Origin: an uncultured Chthonomonas sp.
GTDB lineage: Bacteria > Armatimonadota > Chthonomonadetes > Chthonomonadales > CAJBBX01
DNA: 64,000 bases
Reading direction: 5' to 3'
Assembly (NCBI GenBank): GCA_903951425.1
Contig: CAJBBX010000083.1
Location: 48,286 to 112,285, forward strand
In this document: in pieces, positions 1 through 9,844 of the stretch
Layout of the letters: every line of letters begins with the position of its first letter
Numbering within the stretch: position 1 is the first letter of the stretch
The notes under the pieces: generated by a model
What the model saw: the letters and a program-made list of their open reading frames with translations, nothing else
Database searches by the model: none
What the model was told of the DNA's origin: nothing
Made by a program: the position numbers and the translations under genes

Positions 1-2543
1 CGCTCTTTGACCACGCCGATGCCCACGTCATGCACCTCGAACCGGATCTCCGAGGCGTCCTCCGGCGCTTCTGCGGCGCTCACGAGCAGGTCGACGTGGC
101 CCTTCTCGGTGAACTTCAAGGCGTTGCCCACCAGGTTGGTAATGATCTGGCGCATACGGGCCGAATCGCCGCGGAGGCGGACCGGGACATCGGCCTCGAT
201 GCGGGCCGCCACCTCGATGCCCGCCGCCGTGGAGCCCGCCGCCAGAGCCTCGACGGTCTCTTCAACCAGTTCGCGGAGGTCGAAGTCTACTACCTCCAGC
301 TCCAGGCGACCTGCTTCCACCTTTGAGTAGTCCAGGATGTCGTTGATGATCGTGAGCAGCGAATCACCGCTGCTCACGATCATATCGGCGTACTGCCTCT
401 GCTCCGGGGTCAGCGGCGTGTCCACAAGGAGGCCCACCATCCCCAGGACGCCGTTCATGGGTGTGCGGATCTCGTGCGACATGTGGGCCAGGAAGGTGCT
501 CTTGGCCTCGGTAGCCGCCCGGGTCTCCGCCACGGCCCGCGCGAGGTCGTCGTTGGCGGCGGCCAACTGGGTCGTGCGTAGTTCGACGAGCTTCTCAACG
601 GCGGCGCCGCGCACGGAGATCACGCGGATGTAGGCTGTAACCGATCCCGTGAGCAACAGGCCTGCCACCAACACGACCCAGGGGAGCGCACCGGTTCGGT
701 GTGCCAGGTAGGCGGGACTGGCCTTCATGACGACGCGCATCGACCGCCCGGCCAGATCGATATCAACCTCGGACGTGTACTGCTCGGTTTCGAGCCGCAG
801 GTCCGACGTGGTCGGTAGCGAACTGAAGATGGGAGCGGCGGTCCCGGCCAGCGTCACGTCGGTCACCGCCATGGGTAGGCCCGGGTGCTCTAGGTCCTGG
901 GCGATCCGCCGGCAAATGGCGGTGACCGGCATGAAGACGACTACGCAGCCTCGAGCGGCCTCCATGCGCTGAGTCATGGTCTGCGGCAGTGGCCCGGGTC
1001 CGTACACGGGAGCCAGTAGCGGCATGATCTGTTCAGTGATGCCGTCGCGAACTACTGGCATAACAGGTCCGGCCCTGACGGACCCGGTCTCGATACACGT
1101 CCGAGCAACAAGCGCGATAGCCGGATCAGTCAGGAGGTCCGAGCCCAGGTCCAGATAGCTGGTGGAGCGCGGCGCCACGTAGGCCAGGGGGGAGTAGAGT
1201 GCGGCATCGGGCGCCACCGGGGCGGAACCGCCGATGGTATGCCAGACGGTCACCTCGGGGGTTGCCGCGTGGTCCGCCAGGTACCGGGTGATGAAGGCCT
1301 TCCGCTCACGGCCCCGTACGAGCGGAGCCCAGGCTGCGGCCGCGCCGGGCAAATCGAACCGCCAGTGGCCGGCGAGCTCCGAGAAGACGCCGTCGGACAA
1401 CGTCTGCTCGGAATGGACCATGCGCTGGAGGGAGGCCGCCTGCGATATGCCTTCATCAAGCGTCACGTGCACGCGCTCCGCGGACTGCCTGGCGGCCATC
1501 TGGAAGTCGGTACGGGCATCGCGTGCCGCCTCATTCAGGATGCCGTATGTGCCGATGACGGTGGCGGTCGCGCCGAGCCCGGCCACGAGCAACGAGGCAC
1601 GCTTCGTGCCGGCGATATCCTGTTCGAAGCTCCATTCGCCCGGTCTGCGGTTCGGCCGCAGGAAGATGAGCGCGGCGGCGCCCAGCACGACCAGCAGAAT
1701 CAGGCTGGAGAGAAGCGCCTGCGTGCCAACCGAACGGCCCAAGACCACCAGGTCGGTGTCCACATCCGAGCGAACCATCAGGGCGGCTTGGTTCCGCACG
1801 CCCGGCACGAGGCCGTACACATAGCTTCGCCCGCGCACCGTGAGAAGCGTGGATGGGGAGCCGACAGGCCGCTTTGCCAGGGCGGCCTCCTCGGGTGTCA
1901 GGTCCGGCGCGTCGGGGCGCACCACGTCGAAGTCCACATGCGTCTGGCCGCGCAAGGTGCGGAGTAGCTCCTCGTCGAGGAACCGGCCCAGGATCAGGGT
2001 CCCATGGGATGCGCCCCCGCCCATGCTGTTGTGGATCGGCTGCGTCGAGAGGAGGATAGGCCCGTGCTCGGTCATCAAGGAGCCATGGACGGGCTGTCCG
2101 CCGGGCGCCCCCGCCAGAAGCTCCGGCCTTCCCGCCAGCGTGTCGGGCGGCATCTCGCGCATCGTGATGCGCCCGCCGAGGGTGACGCTGTTGACGGAGC
2201 TGAAGACCACGGAGCCATTGGGCCGGCAGATGAAGAGGAGGTCCGCCTGCAGGATCTCGGCAATCGAGCTCGGGTTCAGGTTCGCGGCCCTGAACGTGCT
2301 GTTGCCGTCCGCGGCGAACTGGTAGAGCTCGTCCCAGTTGGCCCAGTCGTGCGACAGGCCGTTGAGGTGGTGGACTTCGCGGGCCAGGGCCTCGATGGCA
2401 CGCCCGTTGTCGGCCAGGGCGGCCTCCCGCTGGAGCCGCTCGAAGGGTGTAAGGACGCTGTTTCGCTGGATGACGAGAATCGTCACAGCGCACAGCGCCA
2501 GTGCCACGAACAATAGAATGATTGCACGGCCGGATCTACTCAA
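1..2543 (-). CDS. Membrane-bound sensor histidine kinase with CHASE4-like and CHASE-like sensor domains; runs off the window edge (3' partial)
   Basis: Not in the ORF track because there is no stop in the window. Manual translation from TTG 2543: TM segment, 'LSHDWANWDELYQF' (CHASE4-like), a second extracytoplasmic domain, H-box [15 protein letters not shown] near 450-495, N-box NLVGNALKFT, G1 box DVGIG at the edge. Confidence 0.88.
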   Translation of the reverse strand, partial: MSRSGRAIILLFVALALCAVTILVIQRNSVLTPFERLQREAALADNGRAIEALAREVHHLNGLSHDWANWDELYQFAADGNSTFRAANLNPSSIAEILQADLLFICRPNGSVVFSSVNSVTLGGRITMREMPPDTLAGRPELLAGAPGGQPVHGSLMTEHGPILLSTQPIHNSMGGGASHGTLILGRFLDEELLRTLRGQTHVDFDVVRPDAPDLTPEEAALAKRPVGSPSTLLTVRGRSYVYGLVPGVRNQAALMVRSDVDTDLVVLGRSVGTQALLSSLILLVVLGAAALIFLRPNRRPGEWSFEQDIAGTKRASLLVAGLGATATVIGTYGILNEAARDARTDFQMAARQSAERVHVTLDEGISQAASLQRMVHSEQTLSDGVFSELAGHWRFDLPGAAAAWAPLVRGRERKAFITRYLADHAATPEVTVWHTIGGSAPVAPDAALYSPLAYVAPRSTSYLDLGSDLLTDPAIALVARTCIETGSVRAGPVMPVVRDGITEQIMPLLAPVYGPGPLPQTMTQRMEAARGCVVVFMPVTAICRRIAQDLEHPGLPMAVTDVTLAGTAAPIFSSLPTTSDLRLETEQYTSEVDIDLAGRSMRVVMKASPAYLAHRTGALPWVVLVAGLLLTGSVTAYIRVISVRGAAVEKLVELRTTQLAAANDDLARAVAETRAATEAKSTFLAHMSHEIRTPMNGVLGMVGLLVDTPLTPEQRQYADMIVSSGDSLLTIINDILDYSKVEAGRLELEVVDFDLRELVEETVEALAAGSTAAGIEVAARIEADVPVRLRGDSARMRQIITNLVGNALKFTEKGHVDLLVSAAEAPEDASEIRFEVHDVGIGVVKE

Positions 2544-2653
2544 AGTCTCGACCTCACACGTCTCCTGACTCCGCCTGCGCCTTGCGCACGGCTAGCCATC
2601 ACTACCATACCGCAGATCGGCAGTCGTTTGCCACACCAACCGCCCTGGGCCGG

Positions 2654-3637
2654 CTACTGCCCGCCGGGATCGGCATAGGCGACCACCGGGATCGCCAGGG
2701 GCCGATGCCCTCCGCCCGGGTCGATCACGATACTGGTCCGCAGGTCGCGCTTCAGCACGGAGCCAGTGTACGTAACGATGAGCCTTGCCGGAGCGCCCTG
2801 TTGCCCGGCCACGATGCGGGCCGAGATGCGGCGGTCGGCGCAGCTGACGCGGCATCGCTCCAGGCCGCCGCCTGCCCGGGTGACGGTGATCTCGCGAACC
2901 ATCGGCGCACGGTCCTGGGGCGAGACCGGGCTGAAGAAGACATTGGGCGGCGTGGCGCAGATACCTCGCTCCAGGATCGCCACGATGCTGACGACCGGTT
3001 GCCGGGCGGAGGTTGTGTTCAGCGTCACCACGGCGGCTGTGCGGCCCTGTGGGGTTTCAGCGCCCACGGCCAGATGCACCAGCCACTCGCCGCCCGACGC
3101 GGCGGGCTCCACCGTGGCCTCCAGGTACCGCAAGCTCGAGACGGCCTCCTGGATGCGCGCCACATGGCCCACGAACCGAACGGTCAGGTCGAGCTTCGCC
3201 GGCCCCGCGTCCGGCAGCGCGATCACGGGGAACGGCGAGGGGAGGACCTCCACGGCTCTGCGGACGTCCACCACCAGGCTCAGCGCCACGCGCGGCTGCG
3301 ACGGATCGTTGGTGAGCACCTCCAGCTCCTTCGCGGTGCGGCCGACGAGGCCCGACGTGCTGAGGGTCGTCTCGATCCTCCCCTGGGCGCCGGGAGCCAC
3401 GCGGGCATCCCATCGCGGCGTGGTGCATCCGCAGTTGGCCCGGACCTCCAGCGTGAGCGGGGCGTCGCCGTCATTCCAGACCGTGAAGGCGAAGGGCATC
3501 GGGTCTCCGGCGAGCGCCTGCCCGGCATCGATTGATCGGGCGCTGAAGCGCGCCGCCGGCGCCGCCGACGCCGGAACGCCCGCCAGGGCCACGATCACGA
3601 GCCCGAGGAGGCACCTGGTACGGAAGGGGATCAACAT
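2654..3637 (-). CDS. Secreted DUF1573-type Ig-like domain protein
   Basis: Signal peptide; 'FTVWNDGDAPLTLEVRANCGCT' and 'TNDPSQP' motifs typical of DUF1573. Confidence 0.8.
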   Translation of the reverse strand: MLIPFRTRCLLGLVIVALAGVPASAAPAARFSARSIDAGQALAGDPMPFAFTVWNDGDAPLTLEVRANCGCTTPRWDARVAPGAQGRIETTLSTSGLVGRTAKELEVLTNDPSQPRVALSLVVDVRRAVEVLPSPFPVIALPDAGPAKLDLTVRFVGHVARIQEAVSSLRYLEATVEPAASGGEWLVHLAVGAETPQGRTAAVVTLNTTSARQPVVSIVAILERGICATPPNVFFSPVSPQDRAPMVREITVTRAGGGLERCRVSCADRRISARIVAGQQGAPARLIVTYTGSVLKRDLRTSIVIDPGGGHRPLAIPVVAYADPGGQ

Positions 3638-3643
3638 ACTCTA

Positions 3644-5407
3644 TTATGCGCCATGTGCAGGGACGTCGGCAAGGAGCCGAACCTCCCAGGTTCCGCGCAC
3701 GGCGTTCATGAGCGTGAGGCGTCCCGCGCGCAGCGCCTCGGCCAGGGCGATCGGCCGCTCGCGCAGGACGCCGGCCTCCAGCATGGCGGCTCGCTGGACG
3801 CCCGGCAGCAGTCCGGACGGAACGGGCGGCGTCAGCAACTCGCCGTCGATGCACAGGGCCACGTTGGCGATGGTGGTCTCGGTGATCTCGCCGCGGGCGT
3901 TGGTGAGGAGGACGTCCGGCGCGCCCGGCCTGCTCGCGGCGGCATCGCGGTAGACGTCTCGGCGCGTCGTCTTGTGGTAGAGGTACGGGTCGGCGCTGTC
4001 GATCGGCGCGGCCGCAGGGACGATCCACTCGTAGGGTGGCCCCGGCGGCAGGGGTGCGGCCCCCACCTCCAGGGCGCCCGATCGGTCGCAGAGCAGCCGC
4101 ACGCGGTGCGGCACGGGCGGTAGCGCGGCGCATGCGCGGTCGAGCGCCGCCACGGCCTCGCCCGGCCGGAAGCGGAAGCCCAGTTGCCCTGCCGAGCGGC
4201 CCATGCGGCGCAGGTGGCCCTCCAGCAGCGCCCAGCCGGCCTGCGGATCCCATAGCAGCGTCTCCAGCAGGCGGAAGCGCGGAGGCGCCGGGCGCAGCAC
4301 TCGGGCCTTGGAGAGCGTCTCGCGCCACTCGTCGGCGGGGTCGGAGTCCCAGACGATCCCGCCGCCCACGCCGTACTCCGCGGCGCCGTCGCTCTGATCG
4401 ACCAGCGCCGTGCGGATGGCCACCCCGAACCGGGCGCGGCGCCCCGGCGCGAAGCAGCCCACGGCGCCGGTGTAGACGCGGCGCGGCGTCGCCTCCAGTT
4501 CCCGGATGATCTGCATGGTGCGCCGCCTGGGCGCCCCCGTGATGGAGGCTGCCGGGAAGAGCGCGGCGAAGACGCCCTCCAGCGAGGCGTCGGTCCGGCA
4601 GGCGACCGTGGAGGTGAGCTGCCAGACGCCGGCATGACGCTCCGTGGTGAAGAGGTGCGGCGCGGTCACCGTGCCCACGCGGGCGATGCGGCCCAGGTCG
4701 TTGCGGACCATGTCCACGATCATCAGGTTCTCGGCGCGGTTCTTCTCGGAGTTGCGCAGGTCGCGGGCGCGGCGCACGTCGTCGTCGGGCCAGAGGCCCC
4801 GGTCGGCCGTGCCCTTCATGGGGCGCGAGACCACCAGATCGCCCTCCTGACGGTAGAAGAGCTCCGGCGAGGCCGAGCAGATCGCCCAGCTGCCCGTGTC
4901 GATGTAGGCCGCGTGGGGCGGCTCCGTGGCGGCCATGGCGCGGAAGAGCGCGTAGGGCGCTTGGGCGCCCGTGGCTCGCATCCTGTAGGTGAGGTTGACC
5001 TGGTACGTGTCGCCGGACGCCAGGTACTCGGCCACGCGCCGTACGGCCGACTGGTGCGCTTCGGGGGTGGTCTCGGCGGCCCAGCGTAGCTCGGCTGCGG
5101 GCTCCGCGTGGGGCGGCTCGGGCAGCGGCTCCGGCGGTCCGTAGATGCCGAACCAGGCGGCGGGGAAGCCGGGATCATGGCGCGTCGGCAACGCGGCATC
5201 GAAGGCGGGTGCGGCCTCGTAGGAGACCCAACCCACGGCCCAGAGGCCCTCCTGTGTGGCCTCGGCGGCACGGCGCACGGCCTCGGCGGCGCCGCTCGGC
5301 CCCCCTGCGGCATGGATGCGCAGGGGCGAGCGGAACCGTAGCCACCCATTCGAGGCGCGCAGCAATGCCCATGCCTCGCCGGGTACGCCCGCCAGGCGCT
5401 CATTCAT
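3644..5407 (-). CDS. pabB: Aminodeoxychorismate synthase component I fused to a class IV aminotransferase / ADC lyase domain (PabB-PabC)
   Basis: GDTYQVNLT, SPELF, PMKGT, KNRAENLMIVDMVRNDLG, GGGIVWDS; C-terminal LLETL, HKTTRR, GLLPGVQR. Start placed at ATG 5407. Confidence 0.92.
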   Translation of the reverse strand: MNERLAGVPGEAWALLRASNGWLRFRSPLRIHAAGGPSGAAEAVRRAAEATQEGLWAVGWVSYEAAPAFDAALPTRHDPGFPAAWFGIYGPPEPLPEPPHAEPAAELRWAAETTPEAHQSAVRRVAEYLASGDTYQVNLTYRMRATGAQAPYALFRAMAATEPPHAAYIDTGSWAICSASPELFYRQEGDLVVSRPMKGTADRGLWPDDDVRRARDLRNSEKNRAENLMIVDMVRNDLGRIARVGTVTAPHLFTTERHAGVWQLTSTVACRTDASLEGVFAALFPAASITGAPRRRTMQIIRELEATPRRVYTGAVGCFAPGRRARFGVAIRTALVDQSDGAAEYGVGGGIVWDSDPADEWRETLSKARVLRPAPPRFRLLETLLWDPQAGWALLEGHLRRMGRSAGQLGFRFRPGEAVAALDRACAALPPVPHRVRLLCDRSGALEVGAAPLPPGPPYEWIVPAAAPIDSADPYLYHKTTRRDVYRDAAASRPGAPDVLLTNARGEITETTIANVALCIDGELLTPPVPSGLLPGVQRAAMLEAGVLRERPIALAEALRAGRLTLMNAVRGTWEVRLLADVPAHGA

Positions 5408-5562
5408 CCGCTGGTTCCAGGATCGATCTCCATAGCTCCGCTCCGCCCCGCCCGCTCGCGCAGTCGCGGCTCCATCCAGCCCTACGTACTGATGGCCCAC
5501 CGCCTTGCCCCGGCGGTACAATCCTGTCGCTGCACCCGTGGCCCCGAAGGAGACCTGCGACC

Positions 5563-6696
5563 ATGAGCCGCCGACAGGAAACCGCTGTCCTCGATATCGT
5601 CGATTCCATAGTCCACGGCGACTGCGTGGAGGTGACGGCCGCGATGCCGCCCGCCTGCGTCGACATGGTCTTCGCCGATCCGCCCTACAACCTGCAACTG
5701 AAGCATGCGCTCTACCGGCCCGACATGTCCATGGTCGACGGCGTCGACGACGAGTGGGACCAGTTCGAGAGCTTCGCAGCCTACGATACCTTCACTCGGG
5801 CATGGCTCGCCGCGGTGCGCCGCGTCCTGAAGCCGACGGGGACGCTCTGGGTCATCGGCACCTACCACAACATCCACCGCGTGGGGGTGGCCATGCAGGA
5901 CCTGGGCTTCTGGCTGCTGAACGACGTGACCTGGATCAAGACGAACCCCATGCCCAACTTCGCCGGCGTCCGCATGTGCAACGCGCAGGAGACGTTGATC
6001 TGGGCGGCCATGGGGGAGAAGTCCGGCTACACGTTCAACCACCACACGGCCAAGCGCTACGCCGACGGGAAGCAGCTCCGGAGCGACTGGTACCTGCCGT
6101 TGTGCACCGGAGCGGAGAGGCTGGCCGACGGCGAGGGGAAGGTCCACTCGACCCAGAAGCCCGAGGCGCTGGTGGAGCGCACCATCGCCGTCTGCACGCG
6201 GCCCGGCGACCTGGTGCTGGACCCCTTCGCCGGGAGCGGAACCACGCCCGCCGTGGCGCGGCGTATGGGCAGGCGGTACATCGGCATCGAGCGCGAGGCG
6301 CAGTACCTGGAGGCCGCCCGAGCGCGCGTCGCCGCCGTGGCGCCGGACCCGGCGTCCGGTGCGGTGGACCAGAGCGACATCGACCGCTACCGCCGCCGCG
6401 TGGGCTTTCGGGAGGTTGTCGCCGCGGGGCTGCTGGCGCCGGGCGCGAAGGTCTGGTTCGGCGCGGACTGCCGCCGCGAGGCCGCGGTGACAGCGAAGGG
6501 GCTGTTGGAGCTCGATGGGAAGACCCTGAGCATCCACGGCGCGGGAGCCGCCATCACCGGTGCGCCCTGCAACGGTTGGGTCCACTGGCGGTACTGCGAT
6601 CGTCTCGGCAACCTGTGCCGCCTGGACGACCTGCGGGTCGAGTATGAGGCCCGGCAGGCCGCCGCGGAGGCGCCTAAGGCACCGAAAGAGGGGTGA
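5563..6696 (+). CDS. CcrM/M.HinfI-like beta-class N6-adenine DNA methyltransferase with C-terminal RAMA-like domain
   Basis: [49 protein letters not shown]; C-terminal SIH...CNGWVHW. No cognate endonuclease adjacent. Confidence 0.9.
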   Translation: MSRRQETAVLDIVDSIVHGDCVEVTAAMPPACVDMVFADPPYNLQLKHALYRPDMSMVDGVDDEWDQFESFAAYDTFTRAWLAAVRRVLKPTGTLWVIGTYHNIHRVGVAMQDLGFWLLNDVTWIKTNPMPNFAGVRMCNAQETLIWAAMGEKSGYTFNHHTAKRYADGKQLRSDWYLPLCTGAERLADGEGKVHSTQKPEALVERTIAVCTRPGDLVLDPFAGSGTTPAVARRMGRRYIGIEREAQYLEAARARVAAVAPDPASGAVDQSDIDRYRRRVGFREVVAAGLLAPGAKVWFGADCRREAAVTAKGLLELDGKTLSIHGAGAAITGAPCNGWVHWRYCDRLGNLCRLDDLRVEYEARQAAAEAPKAPKEG

Positions 6697-8758
6697 CGTT
6701 CCTGAGGACGGCGGCCAGGAGTTGCTCGGACTTCACGGGCTTGGCGATGTAGTCGTCCATTCCTGCGTCGATGCAGATCTGCCGGTCCTCCGTCATGGCC
6801 CGGGCCGTCATGGCGATGATGGGGACGTGTCGGCCGGTCCCTTGCTCGCTACCCCTGATGGCGCGCGTGGCGTCGAGGCCGTCCATCTCCGGCATCTGGA
6901 TATCCATGAGGACCAGGTCGTAGATGGCCTTGTGCGTGGCGGTCACCGCGTCGGCCCCGTTGGCCGCAACGTCTACGGTGACGCCCATGCGCTCAAGGGC
7001 CATGCATGCGACCTTCTGGTTCACCACGTTGTCCTCCGCCAGAAGCACGCGGAGCTGGCGGCCCAGCGAACGCAGGTCGCGCGGGGCTTCCTTGACGGGA
7101 GGCTCCGCGGCCACGGGTGCGACGGGCTCGGGCGCCTGCGTGGTCAGTGCCGCGGCGGCGGCTTGCAGCAGCTGAGTGGGCTTGACGGGTTTGGTGGTGT
7201 AGGCGATGTGCGGGCACTCGGGCACGGAGATGGGTTCGTGCGACCCCAGCGGCGAGAGCAGGATGATCGGCATCTCGCGGAGGCCCGGGTCGGCGCCGAT
7301 GCTGCGGGCCAGCGACGCTCCGTCCTTGCCGGGCATCTGGTGGTCGACCACGGCCAGGTCGTAGGCCCTGCCCATCTGCCGGCTCTCCTGCAGGAGCGCG
7401 AAGGCCTCGTCGGCGCCGGTGGCCACGTCGGCGCGGCATCCCCAGCTCGCCAGCAGTTCCACCACGACATCGCGGCCCAGGGCGCTGTCGTCCACGACGA
7501 GGGCGCGCTTGCCGGGCAGGGCGGAGGGGATCTGCGAATCCTGGAGGCGTACCACGCGGGGGATGCGGAGCGTGAACCAGAAGGTCGATCCGCGGCCCAT
7601 GTCGCTCTCGCAGCCGATCTCGCCGCCCATGAGCTTGACCAGCCGCTGGCAGATGGCCAGGCCGAGGCCGGTGGCCGCCAGGCGGCGGGGGCTCTGGTTC
7701 GGCGCGTCGGCCGCGGCGAAGATGCGGCTCAGCCGCTCGGGCGCAATGCCGGGGCCCGTGTCGCGAACGGTGAAACGGAGCGTGATGTCATCGACCGTGG
7801 TCTGCTCGACGGCGATGCGCACGCCGACCTCGCCGCTCTCGGTGAACTTCACGGAGTTGCCGACCAGGTTGACTAGGATCTGCCTGATGCGGACCGGGTC
7901 GCCGTGCAGCATGGGCGGAGTGCCGCGCTCCACCACGCAACCGAACTCCAGCCCCTTGCCCCAGGCGCGCACCGTGAAGATGTCAATCAGCTCTTCCAGC
8001 ACGGCCGAGAGGTGGAAATCGATCTCGTCCAGCTCCAGGTGGCCGGCCTCAATGCGGGAGAGGTCCAGGATATCGTTGACGATCCGCATGAGCGACTCGG
8101 CGGAGACGCGGGCCAGTGTGGCGTATTCGCGCTGCACCGGGTCCAGATGCGTCTCGAGGAGGATGCCGAGCATGCCCAGGACGCCGTTCATGGGCGTCCG
8201 GATCTCCTGGCTCATGGTGGCCAGGAACTCGCTTTTGGCCGCATTGGCCTTTTCGGCCTCGCGGATCCAGCCCTCGGCGCGCTCCTTCTCCTGCTGGAGG
8301 GCGGCGTTGGCGGCTCGGAGGCCTGTGTGCATGGAGCCGAGCTGCTGGACCACGGAGTTGAACGCCGCGGAGAACCCTACGAGGTAGCTGACACGCTGGG
8401 AGAAGTCGCCCTGGGCCACGCGCTGGGTCTGCCATGTCAGGTGCCAAAGGGTGGCCTGGAGGTTCTTCAGCCACTGGGAGGTGGGCAGCCGTCCTTCGAT
8501 GGTGGTATCGATTCGGCCCTCGGACAGGTCGGCGGCGGCGCGGCCGGCGAGGTCGATCTCGACGATCAGGCGGTTCGTCTGCTCGGAGAGCTGGCGAACG
8601 GGACCGTCCGGAAGGTCTGAGACGTCGACGGCCTCGGGCCTTCCGCCAGCCAGCAGGGAGTGGATGGCGGTCGAAATTCGATCGAGTTGCTCGGCTTCTT
8701 GGTGTTCCATTCGCAGCCTTATCACCTCAACCGACACACGTTCAGGTGTACCTCGCAA
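6674..8758 (-). CDS. Cytoplasmic hybrid histidine kinase-like protein (HAMP-like, HisKA lacking His, HATPase, two receiver domains)
   Basis: [36 protein letters not shown]; receivers VDHQMP and MDIQMP. Start may be ATG 8710. Confidence 0.9.
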   Translation of the reverse strand: MRGTPERVSVEVIRLRMEHQEAEQLDRISTAIHSLLAGGRPEAVDVSDLPDGPVRQLSEQTNRLIVEIDLAGRAAADLSEGRIDTTIEGRLPTSQWLKNLQATLWHLTWQTQRVAQGDFSQRVSYLVGFSAAFNSVVQQLGSMHTGLRAANAALQQEKERAEGWIREAEKANAAKSEFLATMSQEIRTPMNGVLGMLGILLETHLDPVQREYATLARVSAESLMRIVNDILDLSRIEAGHLELDEIDFHLSAVLEELIDIFTVRAWGKGLEFGCVVERGTPPMLHGDPVRIRQILVNLVGNSVKFTESGEVGVRIAVEQTTVDDITLRFTVRDTGPGIAPERLSRIFAAADAPNQSPRRLAATGLGLAICQRLVKLMGGEIGCESDMGRGSTFWFTLRIPRVVRLQDSQIPSALPGKRALVVDDSALGRDVVVELLASWGCRADVATGADEAFALLQESRQMGRAYDLAVVDHQMPGKDGASLARSIGADPGLREMPIILLSPLGSHEPISVPECPHIAYTTKPVKPTQLLQAAAAALTTQAPEPVAPVAAEPPVKEAPRDLRSLGRQLRVLLAEDNVVNQKVACMALERMGVTVDVAANGADAVTATHKAIYDLVLMDIQMPEMDGLDATRAIRGSEQGTGRHVPIIAMTARAMTEDRQICIDAGMDDYIAKPVKSEQLLAAVLRNVTPLSVP

Positions 8759-8880
8759 CGCCTGTTGCGGCGAGGGCCACTCTACGTCTGCAAGATACCC
8801 CCGATCGGACGTTCTGGGTATGCGGCTGCACAGGTACTCGTGCGGCCATTAGCGCCTTGACGGACCAAAACATGGCGCTA

Positions 8881-9813
8881 TCAGGCCATCAGGGCCAGCG
8901 CGGCAAGGTCCTGCGCCCTGTCACCCAACTCGGCGGGGACGATGGTGCAGCGTTCCACGGCCCTTGCCCAGGCGCGTTCGGCGACGGTTCGGCGTATGGG
9001 GCCAAGAATCAGTTCGCCGGCGTGGACCGCGATGGTGCCCAGGACGATGCGCTCCGGGTTGATGATCTGGATGAGGTTTGCCAGCCCTATGCCCATGTAG
9101 GTGCCGGCCTCCTCCAGGATGCCCAGGCCGAAGGCGTCGCCCTCGCGCGCGGCCTCGATCACCTGCCGCGCCGTGATGTCGGCCACCTTGCCGCCGGCCA
9201 GTTCGAGTACGCGGCGACCGCGTCCGTACATCACGCTGTCGCGGGCCAGGCGACCAATGGACGGTCCGCTGGCAAGCGCCTCCAGGCAGCCGCGCTTGCC
9301 GCAGCCGCAGAGGGGGCCTTCGGGCAGGATGGTCTGGTGCCCGACCTCGCCTGCCAGGTCGTTGACGCCGCGGTAGAGGCGGCCGTCGAGGATCAGGCCG
9401 CCGCCGATACCCGTGCCCATGGTGAGGAACGCCATGTGCAGCGTGCCGCGTCCTGCGCCCCACCGCCATTCGGCCAGCGCGGTGGCGTTGGCGTCGTTCT
9501 CCAACTCGACCCGAACGCCGGGGAAGGCCCGCTCGAACTCGGCGCGGATCGGCACGGCATCCCAGCCGGGCAGGTTGGGCGGGTTCATGACGATGCCTCG
9601 GGCCGTATCAAGCGGGCCGCCGCAGGAGATGCCCACGCCGGTCAGGTCGCGCCCTTCGGCCACGCCGCGGGCCATCCGCAGCAGGCGGTCCACGATGTCG
9701 CGCCAGCCGGCGTCGGCTTCGGTGGGCATGGCCTCGCGCGCCAGGATCTCACCTTCGCCGGTGCCCAGGATGGCGGCGCATTTGGTGCCGCCGATATCGA
9801 TGCCGAGAATCAT
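8881..9813 (-). CDS. ROK family sugar kinase (glucokinase-like)
   Basis: GIDIGGTK, ENDANA, GTGIGGG, GEVGH, CGCGKRGCLE. Confidence 0.93.
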   Translation of the reverse strand: MILGIDIGGTKCAAILGTGEGEILAREAMPTEADAGWRDIVDRLLRMARGVAEGRDLTGVGISCGGPLDTARGIVMNPPNLPGWDAVPIRAEFERAFPGVRVELENDANATALAEWRWGAGRGTLHMAFLTMGTGIGGGLILDGRLYRGVNDLAGEVGHQTILPEGPLCGCGKRGCLEALASGPSIGRLARDSVMYGRGRRVLELAGGKVADITARQVIEAAREGDAFGLGILEEAGTYMGIGLANLIQIINPERIVLGTIAVHAGELILGPIRRTVAERAWARAVERCTIVPAELGDRAQDLAALALMA

Positions 9814-9844
9814 CGCGGAACTCCTCCCGTGGGGCCCGCCGGGC

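Noticed and set aside
3644-5407. PabB-PabC fusion as a novelty
   Set aside because: This fusion is a known and widespread architecture.
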